A stretch of DNA of 56,139 nt, filler included, from Squatina squatina (taxonomy: Eukaryota): assembly GCA_031763465.1 (NCBI GenBank). It is 3 parts of 3 records of this genome, joined end to end, with 100 filler letters (N's around TTAATTAATTAA, not from the genome) between each part and the next. Parts side by side here need not be neighbours in the genome. Positions count along the whole stretch, not along the records: positions 36,027 to 56,139 come from JARFOE010000058.1; 2 more parts are not named here. One strand, 5' to 3'. Each line of letters starts with the position of its first letter. Position 1 is the first letter of the stretch. Positions 38,359-49,650 of the stretch are shown here, piece by piece. Made by a program: the position numbers and the translations under genes. Under the pieces are notes generated by a model, which did no database searches, was not told the origin of the DNA, and saw nothing but the letters and a program-made list of their open reading frames with translations.

Positions 38359-39129
38359 ATGGAAAACGTTACTAGCAGAGAGTTTGCCTCAACAGAGATG
38401 GACCCATTGCTTTCCAGTCTCTCCACTGTCTATGGTACAGAAATTGCTGATGATACATCCTATTCACAGCTTACTACATCTCCCCTACATAATGTGTCTG
38501 ACCAACCATGCAACTTCATTGTGTCGGCCCAGTATATTTCCAATTTAATCCCAGCTGTCTTCAGTATCATCTTTATCTTGGGCTTCATTGGGAACAGTGT
38601 GGTCATCACCATCCTTTGCCATCGCGTTCATTTGAAAACTGTTGCTAACATCTACATTGTCAGCTTATCAATTGCAAACCTGATCTTCTTATCCACTCTT
38701 CCAGTTTGGGCAGTCTATTATGCTACTGAGTACAACTGGCTTTTTGGGTCAGTGATGTGTAAAATATGCAGCTCTCTTGTGGCTCTGAATTTGTATGCCA
38801 GTATATTTATCATTACGTGTATGAGTATTGATCGTTACATGGTAATTCTCCACTCTCTCGGATCCCAGTCTAAGAGAAGCTTATGCCAAGCTCGCTGTGT
38901 CACAATCCTTGCATGGACTTTGGCGTTGATTGCAACCTTTCCCACTATCTACTTTCAAGATACCCATTACATTGAAGGGACAGGAAACACGCTGTGTGTA
39001 ATGGTTTATCCCCCCAATAAGGCCAACCAGTGGTCTACACTCTGCGTCTGTATTTTACAGTGTTGCCTCAAAGACACAACAGAAATTATTTTTAACAGCA
39101 TTGGGTTTAGTTTCTTGACAGCTAAATGA
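38359..39129 (+). pseudogene. AGTR2: Type-2 angiotensin II receptor, truncated after ECL2 (TM1-TM4 only), probable pseudogene
   Basis: Acceptor TTTTGCAG| at 38348, then ATG. Has GN(1.50), TLPVWAVYY, WLFGSVMCK, CMSIDRY and C..M.YPP.K..QWS as in AGTR2. Homology stops at about 39036 with no gap. Several conserved residues are altered. SLC6A14-like exons lie downstream, as in mammals. Confidence 0.8.
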
Positions 39130-39599
39130 ACACAGCAGTCAATTATCATACTTTTGGCCAAGATGTTGCAACATAGCATTTGGAACTGAGGTAAAGAGGA
39201 CAGTCAATATTAACGTGTTTCCGTTACTTTGGAGTATATTATTCTCTGTTGAAATATTTTTAATGCAACAACATAAATTAGTAAAATAGAGTGTAAAAAC
39301 AGAAATAGTCAACTCCTTACTGTTTATGCTGATCTGAGGATTTCTTACCCTCCAAAAATGGACCAAAAAAGATTGTGAAAAGTGAGGGAAAAATCCATTT
39401 TTGCTGTTAAGGTCCTGTTAAAAGACTACTAACAATAAACTCAGTTTTCATTCTGCAGTTGCCACCCTCACAGTTACCCTCATCCTTGTCCAATCATACC
39501 AACTAACAACACAAAAGGGTAGGCACTTGGGTCTTTTAGCCAATGATGATGTAAAGTTTCTGCTGTGTTGTCAAACATTGAAATCTATATTTTCAACAC

Positions 39600-40139
39600 T
39601 TTGCCTTCTTGGACAGATCTGTGTGCACCTTTGGAAGTGGCTCAGTGAGTTCCAGTGAATGGTGAGACATTACGGTACCCCCCACAATGATGGTGAGTGT
39701 AAAAGGAATGACTTGGGCATTGCAGGGATGCTTTATGGTCTTGGTGTGGGGTGGTGCCAACCTGGCACAGCATGTGGCAGCCAGGGTGTACAGCGTCAAG
39801 AGAAGTAAATGGTGAGGCCATCCCTGGCGTCCTGGGCAGCAATGTGGTCGGGTGCTGATGTCCTCCGTGCTGTGCAGCATCAGGTGATTGCAGAGAAGGT
39901 TGTTGTTGATGTTGGGGACGCTGGTGTGCCTAGTGATGTTGGTGTTGGGGCTGATGATCGTGCTGGGGTTCTGAGGACCAAGGTGAGATTTTTTCAAGGG
40001 CACCGATGCTGCTGGAATAGATGGCAGCTGAAGTTGAGGTGACAGAAGCCATCTGTCAATGATGAGAGAGGTTGCTCCAAGGAGGTGACACTGGATAGAG
40101 AGTTCACTGCAAACACTTCAAACCTCCATAAAGCTGAAA
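39600..40139 (-). mobile_element. Harbinger-type transposon remnant (degenerate transposase C-terminus)
   Basis: Minus strand gives ...GALEKISP... (compare GGALQYSP) and ...HIAAQDARDGLTIYFS*, resembling the end of HARBI1-like transposases. Confidence 0.45.
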
Positions 40140-40476
40140 NNNNNNNNNNNNNNNNNNNNNNNNNNNNNNNNNNNNNNNNNNNNNNNNNNNNNNNNNNNNN
40201 NNNNNNNNNNNNNNNNNNNNNNNNNNNNNNNNNNNNNNNTCCTCGCTGGGGATAACGGGGTTTTAATTTGATCACTGGGGTTTCTGTTAACGTTTTTTTG
40301 TATTTAATTTAATTGTTGTTTGTTGCATGTTTTAACCTGTATTGCTCAAAAGAGTACCCTCTCCCTAATCCAAATGTAGGACTTGTACCTCTTCGCTAGA
40401 CAGTTAACTCAGCACCAACTATGGATCCCGTTGGAGTGTTCCCTATTTTTATTCCTCAGATACTCACTGCCTAGGT

Positions 40477-40930
40477 GTCAGCCGTGGCTCAGTGGGCAGT
40501 ACTCCTGCCTCTGAGCCAGAAGGTTGTGGGCTCATAGTCCCACTCCAGAGACCTGAGCACAAAATCTAGGCTGACACTTCAGTACAGCACAGAGGGTGTG
40601 CTACACTGTCGGAGTTGCCATCTTTCAAATGAAACATTAAACCGAGCCTCATCTGCCCTCTCAGGTGGATGGAAAAGATCCCATGGGACAATATTTGTAG
40701 AATAGTAGGAAGATCTTCTCAGGGTCCTGACCAATATTTATTCCTGAACCAGCATCACTTAAAAAAAAAATCTGGTCACTTATGAGAGTTGTTTGTGGGA
40801 TCGTGCTGTGCACAAGTTGGCTGACCTGACTCACTTCATTATAACAGTGACTACCCTTCAAAAATAATTCATTGGGTATGAAGCACTTTAGGACGTCCTG
40901 ACGACGTGAAAGGCGGTATGTAAATACAAA
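40477..40930 (+). mobile_element. Full-length tRNA-derived DeuSINE (SacSINE1/AmnSINE-like)
   Basis: tRNA-like head GCCGTGGCTCAGTGG...GGTTGTGGG. Deu-like core (ATTAAACCGAG..CATCTGCCCTCTCAGGTGGATG.AAAAGATCCCATGG). L2-like tail GTGAAAGGCGGTATGTAAAT. Confidence 0.82.
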
Positions 40931-41814
40931 CGCTTGCTTTCTCTGCTGACTGATCCCCCTCCCCTGCTAACGTGTACAGCTTGTGAAATATTCCGGACCC
41001 CGANNNNNNNNNNATTAACAGGACAATTAACCTGAGACAGTGTCTCTTTTCGTTTCACAATACCCTTAGATGAAGTCAGACCTTCCACATTCCATCTGGG
41101 TGTAACAGACAGAAAGTTGGCTCTTAGTTTAAAATCTGGGATGCGGTGTTTCTGTTTCCCAACTGCCTGCGTCTAAAGTGTGGCTTTGAAACATCTAACT
41201 CATTGGTTGGTGAAGCATTCATTTCATTTGGAAGGGAGGTGGCTGTTTAGAATTAGGATTGCAGCATGGGAAATAACCGGATGAAACAAATCACGCCTAT
41301 AAACCATAGTCTGGTTTTAGCCCCATTCAACAAAGGCTTGTAGCCAGCACATGAAAATGACCTGACTTCAACACATTTTAACGACATTATTATTGTGCAG
41401 TTTCAACACTTGTGACGTTACATGTGCCTAAAGTCCGGTTTAACACCTCCGGGTTTAGCTAGTTGCCCCAGCGATACAGGCTTGACCGTTACACTTTGCT
41501 CAGTGTGGAGATGGATCTCACTTTTAATATAAGCGATGAGTTGGTTAACTCTCCATACTGTTCGCCAAGTGCCTTCGAGCAAAACTCAACGATCGAAAAC
41601 CATCGTTCTCCCGAGTTTTTGCCCGGCCGAGTTATGCTGTTAACCGGGATGGGTCTGTTAGTTTTTTTTCTGTTCCTGATTCATGTTCTTTCCAAATTAA
41701 TGACTGGAACCTTTNNNNNNNNNNNNNNNNNNNNNNNNNNNNNNNNNNNNNNNNNNNNNNNNNNNNNNNNNNNNNNNNNNNNNNNNNNNNNNNNNNNNNN
41801 NNNNNNNNNNNNNN

Positions 41815-42145
41815 GCCACACAAGGTATCTGTGCTCGTCTAATTCTGCCCTCTTGACCATTCCTGGTTATAACTACGCAATCATTGGTGGCTGTGTCTTG
41901 CGTTGCCTAGGCCCAAAGCTCTTGAATTCCTTGCCTAAACCTCTCTGCCTCTATAATTCTCTTTCCTCCTTTAAGACACTCCTTACAACCTACCTCTTTG
42001 ACCAAGCTTTTTTCACCTACCCTAATTTCTCCTTGTATGGCTCGGTGTCAAATTTTTTTCTCTCATAATACTCCCGTGAAGCACCTTGGGATGTTTAACC
42101 ATGTTAAAGGCGCTATATAAATACAAGTTGTTGTTATTGTTGTTG
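41815..42145 (+). mobile_element. L2-clade LINE 3' end
   Basis: LGPKLLNSLPKPL.L..SLSSFKTLL.TYLFDQAF and tail TAAAGGCGCTATATAAATACAAG(TTG)n. Same family as 10732-11265. Confidence 0.85.
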
Positions 42146-43344
42146 ATACCACTGGATTGGGATTCCCATTTCTAGATCATGGGAAGAGACAAGAACAAAG
42201 AATGTAGGTGACTATCGTCATGAGGGTATGGGCTTCAATTCCCTGGCCTGTGCATTGAGGCCCAGCTTTTTACCAGTAAGCTGCAGGAGGCTGGAAGTGG
42301 TATGCTGATTTTACCTCCTAAGTATTGTGTGTGGAGATGATGGATTGGTCTTGGAATAACTCTCTGTACCTATGCACTGGCCCATTTTTCTCCCTTGACA
42401 GCAACTGGCGGAGGCCCACTTGATGATGATTCAGCCAGAAGCATGTTCGGTGCTGGTCCGAGGTGGATTACCTTCCCAAAGTGGTAAATGGGGCCTGTGC
42501 TGCAGTAACTGGCACTTCATTGTGATTCCTTTAATGAACGTGCTGTTTGAAAACCAGGCAACACTGGTGCCCTGCCTCACTGGAGATGGGACTGCAGCCA
42601 TCTTGGGAGAGAGGTGGATTTACTTTTTTTGACCTCTGTGGGGTAGTTCTGATGTGTGCCTTGTTATCTTTCAAGCATAAGCATGGTTAGTAAGAAAGAA
42701 AGGGAAAAGAGTGTTTGCCAGAGTATAACTACAAAACGTCCTGCACTATATAATGTTGCAGCATTCTAATGACTCATTGTTTGGGGCATAGTGAACCTCA
42801 ACAAGCCCAGTTATTGTGTTAGAAAACTATTCCTTTATTGTATTGCATCAATTAGTGGGTTAATGTGCACAGAGAACACATTGTCTACGTACACGGCTGC
42901 CTTATTACACTTATTATTGTGAGAGCTCACAAGCTCTCAAGGCTTTATTGGAGGCAGTGAATTAATGCTTTCACTAACGTTCTGATTGTATTTCATTATA
43001 GGAAACCTATCAGGTGGAAGAATCTGGAACAATTCCCAACAAGTCTGAGCGACAAAGTGAATATTTTGTTTCTGTGCATTCGACTTATAGTGGTGACAAC
43101 TTGGAAACTATGAAGAAGAAGATTGCCATTCAGGATGAGATGTTAAAGAAACTAGTCACTCTGGAGATTAAACTGACTGAACTAGAGAAGGTTTTGATCT
43201 CCAAATATGGGAATAAAACACCCATTTCCTGTTAACCATTCTATNNNNNNNNNNNNNNNNNNNNNNNNNNNNNNNNNNNNNNNNNNNNNNNNNNNNNNNN
43301 NNNNNNNNNNNNNNNNNNNNNNNNNNNNNNNNNNNNNNNNNNNN

Positions 43345-43426
43345 AAGAAAAATAAAATGGACCATAAAGGTGCCCACTGCAACTGTGCAAGAGCTTCTGG
43401 GTAGGCAATGAAAGCCAATCCAAAAC
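43345..43426 (-). CDS. SLC6A14: SLC6A14-like (ATB0,+) transporter exon, EL4/TM8 region, cut by a gap
   Basis: Acceptor TTTAG|, then (G)FGLAFIAYPEALAQLQWAPLWSILFF. Confidence 0.85.
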
Positions 43427-43961
43427 CTAAACAGTGGATACAATTGAAATGATGCAATTAATGGTGCTTAAAAGAGAAATACTGTAAACTGATGTTATTT
43501 ACTTAAAACTCATTAATTTAGAATCCAGATTGTCAAAATTTATCACATTTTGCTCAGTATTTGTGTATTTGGCCTGAGATTTTGTGACTTTTCTCTACTC
43601 ATCAAGGTGAGTGATGTCATTGCTGGGGAACAGGGCAGTTTCCATCCAACACACCTAGGACTCAAAAACCTGAGACTTTTCTGGCAGATTCCAATTCTAA
43701 TGGCCAGAAACTAGGCTGGGATCCATTTACACCAGTTTTACAGTGAGGTTTCTTGGATGGCCACATGGGATTGGAGCCTTTATGCATAGTTTACAACACA
43801 ATTGATGTCAGGGGACTGTATCAGTCTCTGAGGGTGGGATCATGGACAGACAAAACTGCAGNNNNNNNNNNNNNNNNNNNNNNNNNNNNNNNNNNNNNNN
43901 NNNNNNNNNNNNNNNNNNNNNNNNNNNNNNNNNNNNNNNNNNNNNNNNNNNNNNNNNNNNN

Positions 43962-44027
43962 GCTGAGTTTTTCCAGCAATTTTTGTTTGTATTCTAGATT
44001 CCAGCATCCGCAGTATTTCGCTTTTGT
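43962..44027 (-). mobile_element. Penelope-like element terminal fragment
   Basis: Reverse complement AAAAGCGAAATACTGCGGATGCTGGAATCT...TGCTGGAAAAACTCAGC. Related copies at about 35790-35880, 49557-49650 and 55460-55530. Confidence 0.55.
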
Positions 44028-44033
44028 ATTAAC

Positions 44034-44165
44034 CTTGTAGTATTGGCACAGCTTTCCACACTGCAACAGGTCCGAGGCTGGCAAACTGCCCAAAGGACGA
44101 TTCCAAGAAAAACATTGGTATCCCAACAAGTGCCAGCATGAGGGTGTAGGGAATAAGAAACGCAC
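44034..44165 (-). CDS. SLC6A14: SLC6A14-like exon, TM2 region (132 nt)
   Basis: Acceptor TTTTTCCAG|, then [45 protein letters not shown], then donor G|GTTAAT. Confidence 0.88.
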
Positions 44166-44934
44166 CTGGAAAAAATAGTAAAGGAAAGCTGAAAAAGATT
44201 GTATGGATGTTAGAGTGAGCAGGTTTATTCAAACAGTTTTAGGATGGATGTTAAACAACTAAACATTCCACTTCATAATAACACAGGACAATGTGACTGC
44301 AGATTGCAAGTTTACTCAGCATCTGAATACAAAAATAAAACAGCCACAATAAGCATTCAGGCTCAAAAACAATTGCATCAATCCTAACACCCCAGTTCCC
44401 TGCACTGAGAGTCTCAATTGGCTCCTGGCATAAAGTAAATGCTCTATTTCAGCACAGTCCTGTAATTTACAGGGAATTCATTACGGGGTCATTGCTGGAG
44501 GTGAAAATACAATCTGTGCTCCCAGCAGAAACTTCTTGCTTTGATTTTGCTCCAGGAAATGGAGGATTGGTCATTACTGTCCAAACTACAGTCCAAACTA
44601 TAATATATGATTATAACATCAAAAAACATCACAACACTGAATTTCCTCACTATTTTTAGATCAAGCCACAATGTCTGTGTTGGACCTTTACCTGGAGTTA
44701 ATTTCGGGGTGGGACATAGTCTCATCAATTTTACATCAGTTTCATAACCGTTTTTCCCACAATGAAATTGCTGGTGGAAGTCCAGGCCAGTGCTTCCTGC
44801 ATCTGCCCCTTTTACAGGGTTCATAAGGAAACTGAACGATAATGACAGAATGAGGTCACAAGTCCACAGTCCCATCATTGCACCCTGTTACAAACCGCCA
44901 TATCAGTAATACTTTAAAAGTTGTTTTTTAATTC

Positions 44935-45145
44935 ATTCATGGCATGCTGGTGTCGCTGGCAAGGCCAGCATTTATTGCCCATCCACAATTGCCCTGGAGA
45001 AGGTGGTGATGAGCCTCCTTCTTGAACCACTGCAGTCCGTGTGGTGAAGGTGCTCCCACAGTGCTGCTAGGGAGAGAGTTCCAGGATTTTGACCTAGCGA
45101 CGATAAAGGAACGGCGATAAAATTCCAAGTCAGGATGGTGTGCAG
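44935..45145 (-). mobile_element. LINE 3' end (CR1/L2 group)
   Basis: KSWNSLPSSTVG...LQWFKKEAHHHLL, with tail GGGCAATAAATGCTGGCCTTGCCAGCGAC. Confidence 0.7.
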
Positions 45146-45495
45146 ACAACACAAAGCTGGTTGGGCGTGNNNNNNNNNNNNNNNNNNNNNNNNNNNNNNN
45201 NNNNNNNNNNNNNNNNNNNNNNNNNNNNNNNNNNNNNNNNNNNNNNNNNNNNNNNNNNNNNNNNNNNNNCCTCCAATTCTGTGCGCTTTTAGTTTTTCGA
45301 ATAACCACCGACTCTCAGCAGAGTGACTCGAGGCAGTGACAAATGTGGTCCTACAGTCTCGCTGTCCATAGCAGACCATGGTGCACGATTGCAGCTAAAC
45401 ACAATTGGTTTTCCGGCCAGCTGAATCCAGGTGAAAGTATTTATTTAAAATAAATAGTTTCTAATCTAAGCTCCTGTTTCTTGATTCTTTTTAAG

Positions 45496-45663
45496 GTGTG
45501 GGGATCACTATGGTCCTTGTGACTACAATTGGCAACATTGTCTACCCGTGCATCATTGGCTACAGCCTATTCTACTTCTTTGCTTCCTTCCTATCCCCCC
45601 TGCCGTGGGCAGACTGCTTCAGCTGGTGGGGTGCAGATGAAACCTGCAGCAGGACTTTCAGAG
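45496..45663 (+). CDS. SLC6A14: SLC6A14-like exon, TM3/EL2 region (168 nt)
   Basis: Acceptor TTTTTAAG|, then GVGITMVLVTTIGNIVYPCIIGYSLFYFFASFLSPLPWADCFSWWGADETCSRTFR, then donor G|GTACTG. Phase-compatible with exon 44034-44165 but on the opposite strand. Confidence 0.85.
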
Positions 45664-47324
45664 GTACTGTGTTAACTTCTATTGGGTAAAGTATAGACAC
45701 TAACTATTCATTTTTCATTCTGTTGAACAGAATGAGTGAGAAAAAATTGACAATAGTTTAAGTAGCAATCTTCATTTTAATCATATGGAAGGTATCTCAA
45801 GTTATAGAAGATAGATGGGTTGAAGGGGATAGTGGTATCAATTGCCATGGTTTCTTGGAGCTTGCTTGATTGCCAAGAGTTTTTTTTTCCTTGATTGGCC
45901 CATGTTTTTTTTTCTCTTTCTTTGTCCCTCCTAAGAGATTGTTTAGGTTCTAATGTGGGAGATGGCAGGGGGAAGTTGGGATGGGAGGGTAGGAATCAGG
46001 GATATACCCTTTCCTTTGGGTTCGTGGCTAATCTATAAGATCCATTCCAGGTACAAACGATCATAATTGGTCCAGTTTCAGCAAAAAATCTTTATTAACG
46101 TTATCATTGAACATAGAAAATAACATTCAGAGTAGTAGAAACAGTATACTTATATAAGTTCACTGGGGTGAGATCTACACTCAGTACACTTTAAACAGCA
46201 GTCAAAACTCGCCAGGACCCTGCATCTGACTTTAGTTCTGCTGCTTCCTGTACTCTGCGTTCAGAGCGTCTCCAGCAGTCTGCAAAGTCTTCTGCCTCTG
46301 TGCCTGCTTCCATGATGCTGTTCAGGGGCGAAATCGTCCTGCTCCTCCTTCTAGTCTTCAGAGGTGTTTCTTCCTTGATGTTCTCCCTCAAATCACTCGC
46401 CAGAGCTGCTACTTCTCTGGGGCTTGTCTTCGAATCGCACTTGGTCGCTGGAGGTCTCCTCGTGGTGACCCATTTTTATACTTGAATGATTCCTGCTGTT
46501 AGGTACAATATTGCCTACTTCTAGGCAGAAAAACACTTACTCTCTTTTGATTGGTTGTTCTTGTTACTAGGCTAAGGAGTGTACGTTTTTCCCACCTTTA
46601 GGGGTCATAGAGAACTCCCCTAATAACAAGACACCATTATTTTAAAATAACTCTCCACCATTTTGAACGTAACTATATCCACTTAACATACAAGCTTTCA
46701 CACTNNNNNNNNNNNNNNNNNNNNNNNNNNNNNNNNNNNNNNNNNNNNNNNNNNNNNNNNNNNNNNNNNNNNNNNNNNNNNNNNNNNNNNNNNNNNNNNN
46801 NNNNGAGTGAGATCTGAAGATCTTTCTCCTGAGTGAAAGAACAGCAGCAATTCCCCAAACCCCTGAAATGTGCCTCTCATTCCAAGTGTTTCAGTCCCTG
46901 ATACAGGATTTCGGGTGAATTTCCAATTGCTCTGGAAGGCTGGGCAGGGCTGGCTAAGTGAGTGAGCAGATTAGGGTCATGGTTTCATTTGAGTGAAATG
47001 AGATTTGTCTGGAAAATGAGAATAGCAAAGAAACCTGAAGAGTAAATGTGAGGAGTCAAATATACTTATCACACTCTGATCTATTCTCCTGTTTAAATAT
47101 GTACTTCTCTGAATACGAGATGTAAATAAGTTAGAATAATATTGTGCTATTTAGATTCAGTTACAATATGCAGCTCAGGGTTAAATATACCCTTCATGTA
47201 GTTATTACTCCTCCAATTGTCTTCTGCTTTGATTACAATCCTATTTGCCAATCAATGGGATTCAATACTGTAAATATTGTGCCAGCAATACAGGAAAATC
47301 TAACAATCTACTCTCCATGGTCAG

Positions 47325-47406
47325 GTGGTTTATTTCACTGCGACGTTTCCTTATGTGGTTCTCACCATACTTCTGATCCGAGGAGTTACCCTGGAGGGAG
47401 CCTATA
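47325..47406 (+). CDS. SLC6A14: SLC6A14-like exon, TM5 region, cut by a gap
   Basis: Acceptor TCAG|, then [27 protein letters not shown]. Confidence 0.85.
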
Positions 47407-47506
47407 NNNNNNNNNNNNNNNNNNNNNNNNNNNNNNNNNNNNNNNNNNNNNNNNNNNNNNNNNNNNNNNNNNNNNNNNNNNNNNNNNNNNNNNNNNNNNN
47501 NNNNNN

Positions 47507-47587
47507 TTAATAGGCACAGGCACCAGTGCAGAGACTCCAGCCTTGGTTAATAGACACAGGCACCAGGGCGGAGACTCCAGTCTTGGT
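47507..47587. repeat. 40-bp tandem repeat (2 copies visible next to a gap)
   Basis: TTAATAG.CACAGGCACCAG.GC.GAGACTCCAG.CTTGG twice. Confidence 0.85.
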
Positions 47588-48419
47588 TGGTATGGTTATA
47601 TCTGTTCGGACAGGGCTGAACTAGTCTGTGAATATGGAATGCAGGTAATAAAATAGTCGCTGAACAGAAGTGAAGTGTTAAAGGGAATCTGTTAGTAAGA
47701 GCAGGTACACTGGAATGTGGAGGATTTAGGACTATATAGCTGTGGGATCTTGAGCAGTACACTATTTAGAGTAATCTCACAATTTTAGAAAGCCTGTACA
47801 TATTGCTGATGCCTGTGATACTATCTCTGACAGAATCTGAGTTGCACATGGAAACTGGGACTGATGTTTACTGGAAGCCTGCTTTTGAACTGGACAATAT
47901 GTTTTTTGAGTGGGTGATTGTGCACAAAAAGTCTGATTACTGGAGTGGATTTCCATTTTCCCCTCCTCTGCTTCTCCTGATGTGGTGCCGTTAGCTGCTG
48001 AGGTTTTACAATTAGTTTCCATCAGCAGCGCAGCAAACATCCAGACTCAAACTGTGAACATACTTGCTCATTCCCTTTACTGATCTGTTTTGGAGTCGGC
48101 AAAAGGTGACAACACTAATTGGGAACATTATTCATTCTGGCCCGGCTCTTGGGGAATGAAAGGAAAAGTGAATTTGGAGGACAGGAGTTAGCTATCAGAG
48201 GACATCGGGTAATGCCCAGAGACAGATGTTTGGGGAAAAAGAAGATTCAGCATGTTCAGACGTCTGCTAATGATTTTATCTTAAATTCTACCGGTGCTCT
48301 GTTATTGATACTGGCACATTCGACAGCTGGCACTGTCCAACAATATCCCTTGTGTACAATAGGTGGTAGCAAAGAGTCATTATTGCAATGGTTGCAGCCA
48401 TTGTTGCTGCACTCATCCA

Positions 48420-48879
48420 CTGTCCTAATTTGCAGGACGAGCGGGAAACTGGTCAACCTCCGTTGCCTCCAGGCTAGAACCAAGAGCACCCCAACCTCTG
48501 TCATCGAGCTGCAGTATACAGACGACGCTTGCGCGTGTGCACACTTGTAGGCTGAGCTCCAAACCATCGTCGATTCATTCACTGAGGTGTACGAGAGGAT
48601 GGGCCTTACGCTAAAATCCGTAAGGCAAGGGTCCTTTACCAGCCTGCTCCCGCCGCACAACACTACCCTCCTGACTATCAAGATCCACAGCGAGCCCCTG
48701 GACAACATGGACCACTTTCTATACCTTGGGAGCCTCTTCTCAGCGAGGGCAGACATCAACGATGAAACCCAACCCTCCAGTGTGCCAGCACAGTCTTCGG
48801 CCGCCTGAGGAAAAGAGTGTTTGAAGATAAAGATCTCAAACCCGGCACCAAGCTCATGGTCTACAGGGCAGCAGTGATA
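48420..48879 (+). mobile_element. RTE-clade LINE reverse transcriptase fragment (degenerate)
   Basis: GKLVNLRCLQARTK...ELQYTDD (YADD motif), then GLTL...LDNMDHFLYLGS. Interrupted by a stop and frameshifts. Confidence 0.85.
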
Positions 48880-49556
48880 NNNNNNNNNNNNNNNNNNNNN
48901 NNNNNNNNNNNNNNNNNNNNNNNNNNNNNNNNNNNNNNNNNNNNNNNNNNNNNNNNNNNNNNNNNNNNNNNNNNNNNNNGATGGTGAAGGAACAAATCAG
49001 AAAATGTAAAGCTTTGAGGAACTGGATTCTGAACAAAATGAGGTTTCTCAGATCATGATGTGTTCATGCCAAATACATGGGTCAGAATTGTTTGTTGTCC
49101 AGAATTACTCCAGAATGCCTGAAGGTCTAGAGGAGTAACCATCAGTTCCAGATTAACACATATAAGGCCTGTAACAAAGGGATTTGAAACTAAACAGGAC
49201 AAAGACAAAATAGCACTGAAGCATTGTTCAATGGGAAGATTGAATTGTAGACAGGAGATAAAATTTGACCTTGCAGGAAGGTTGGAAAAAAAGAAGGAAG
49301 CTGCTATTTGATGTTCAGAGATACACTGGATGATATATTTTCCGAATAAGAATGTAAGATCAGAGAAGTCATGGACTGCACAACAATCATGGCAAGTTTT
49401 CCTGGCAGTTGGCACTAAATGTATTTTTCACGTTATTACTTCGTAGAGGAGTCAAACAAACTGGGACAAGTCAGCTCCAGTTTACAGGGGGCTCAGCAGG
49501 TTTGCTTGTACACGGAGTGGAATGTGTGATGGAACAGGGCAGAGAGAGTCTGGTAT

Positions 49557-49650
49557 AAAAACAGAAAATGCTGGAACTACTCAGCAGCTCAGGCAGCATC
49601 TGTGGAGAGAGAAACAGAGTCAACGTTTCAGGTCGATGACCCTTCGTCAG
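49557..49650 (+). mobile_element. Penelope-like element terminal fragment
   Basis: AAAACAGAAAATGCTGGAACTACTCAGCAG.TCAGGCAGCATCTGTGGAGAGAGAAACAGAG...AACGTTTCAGGTCGATGACC. Confidence 0.6.

Noticed and set aside
38359-39036. Assignment as AGTR1 or an apelin/bradykinin receptor
   Set aside because: The WLFG.VMCK, PT.YF.D and YPP.K..QWS motifs, plus the SLC6A14 neighbour, favour AGTR2.
40477-40560. tRNA gene
   Set aside because: The A/B-box-like head continues into a SINE body and has no complete cloverleaf.
43002-43235. Possible exon or coiled-coil ORF (EESGTIPNK...LEKVLISK)
   Set aside because: No gene recognised. SEYFVSV...MLKKL resembles degraded CR1 ORF2.
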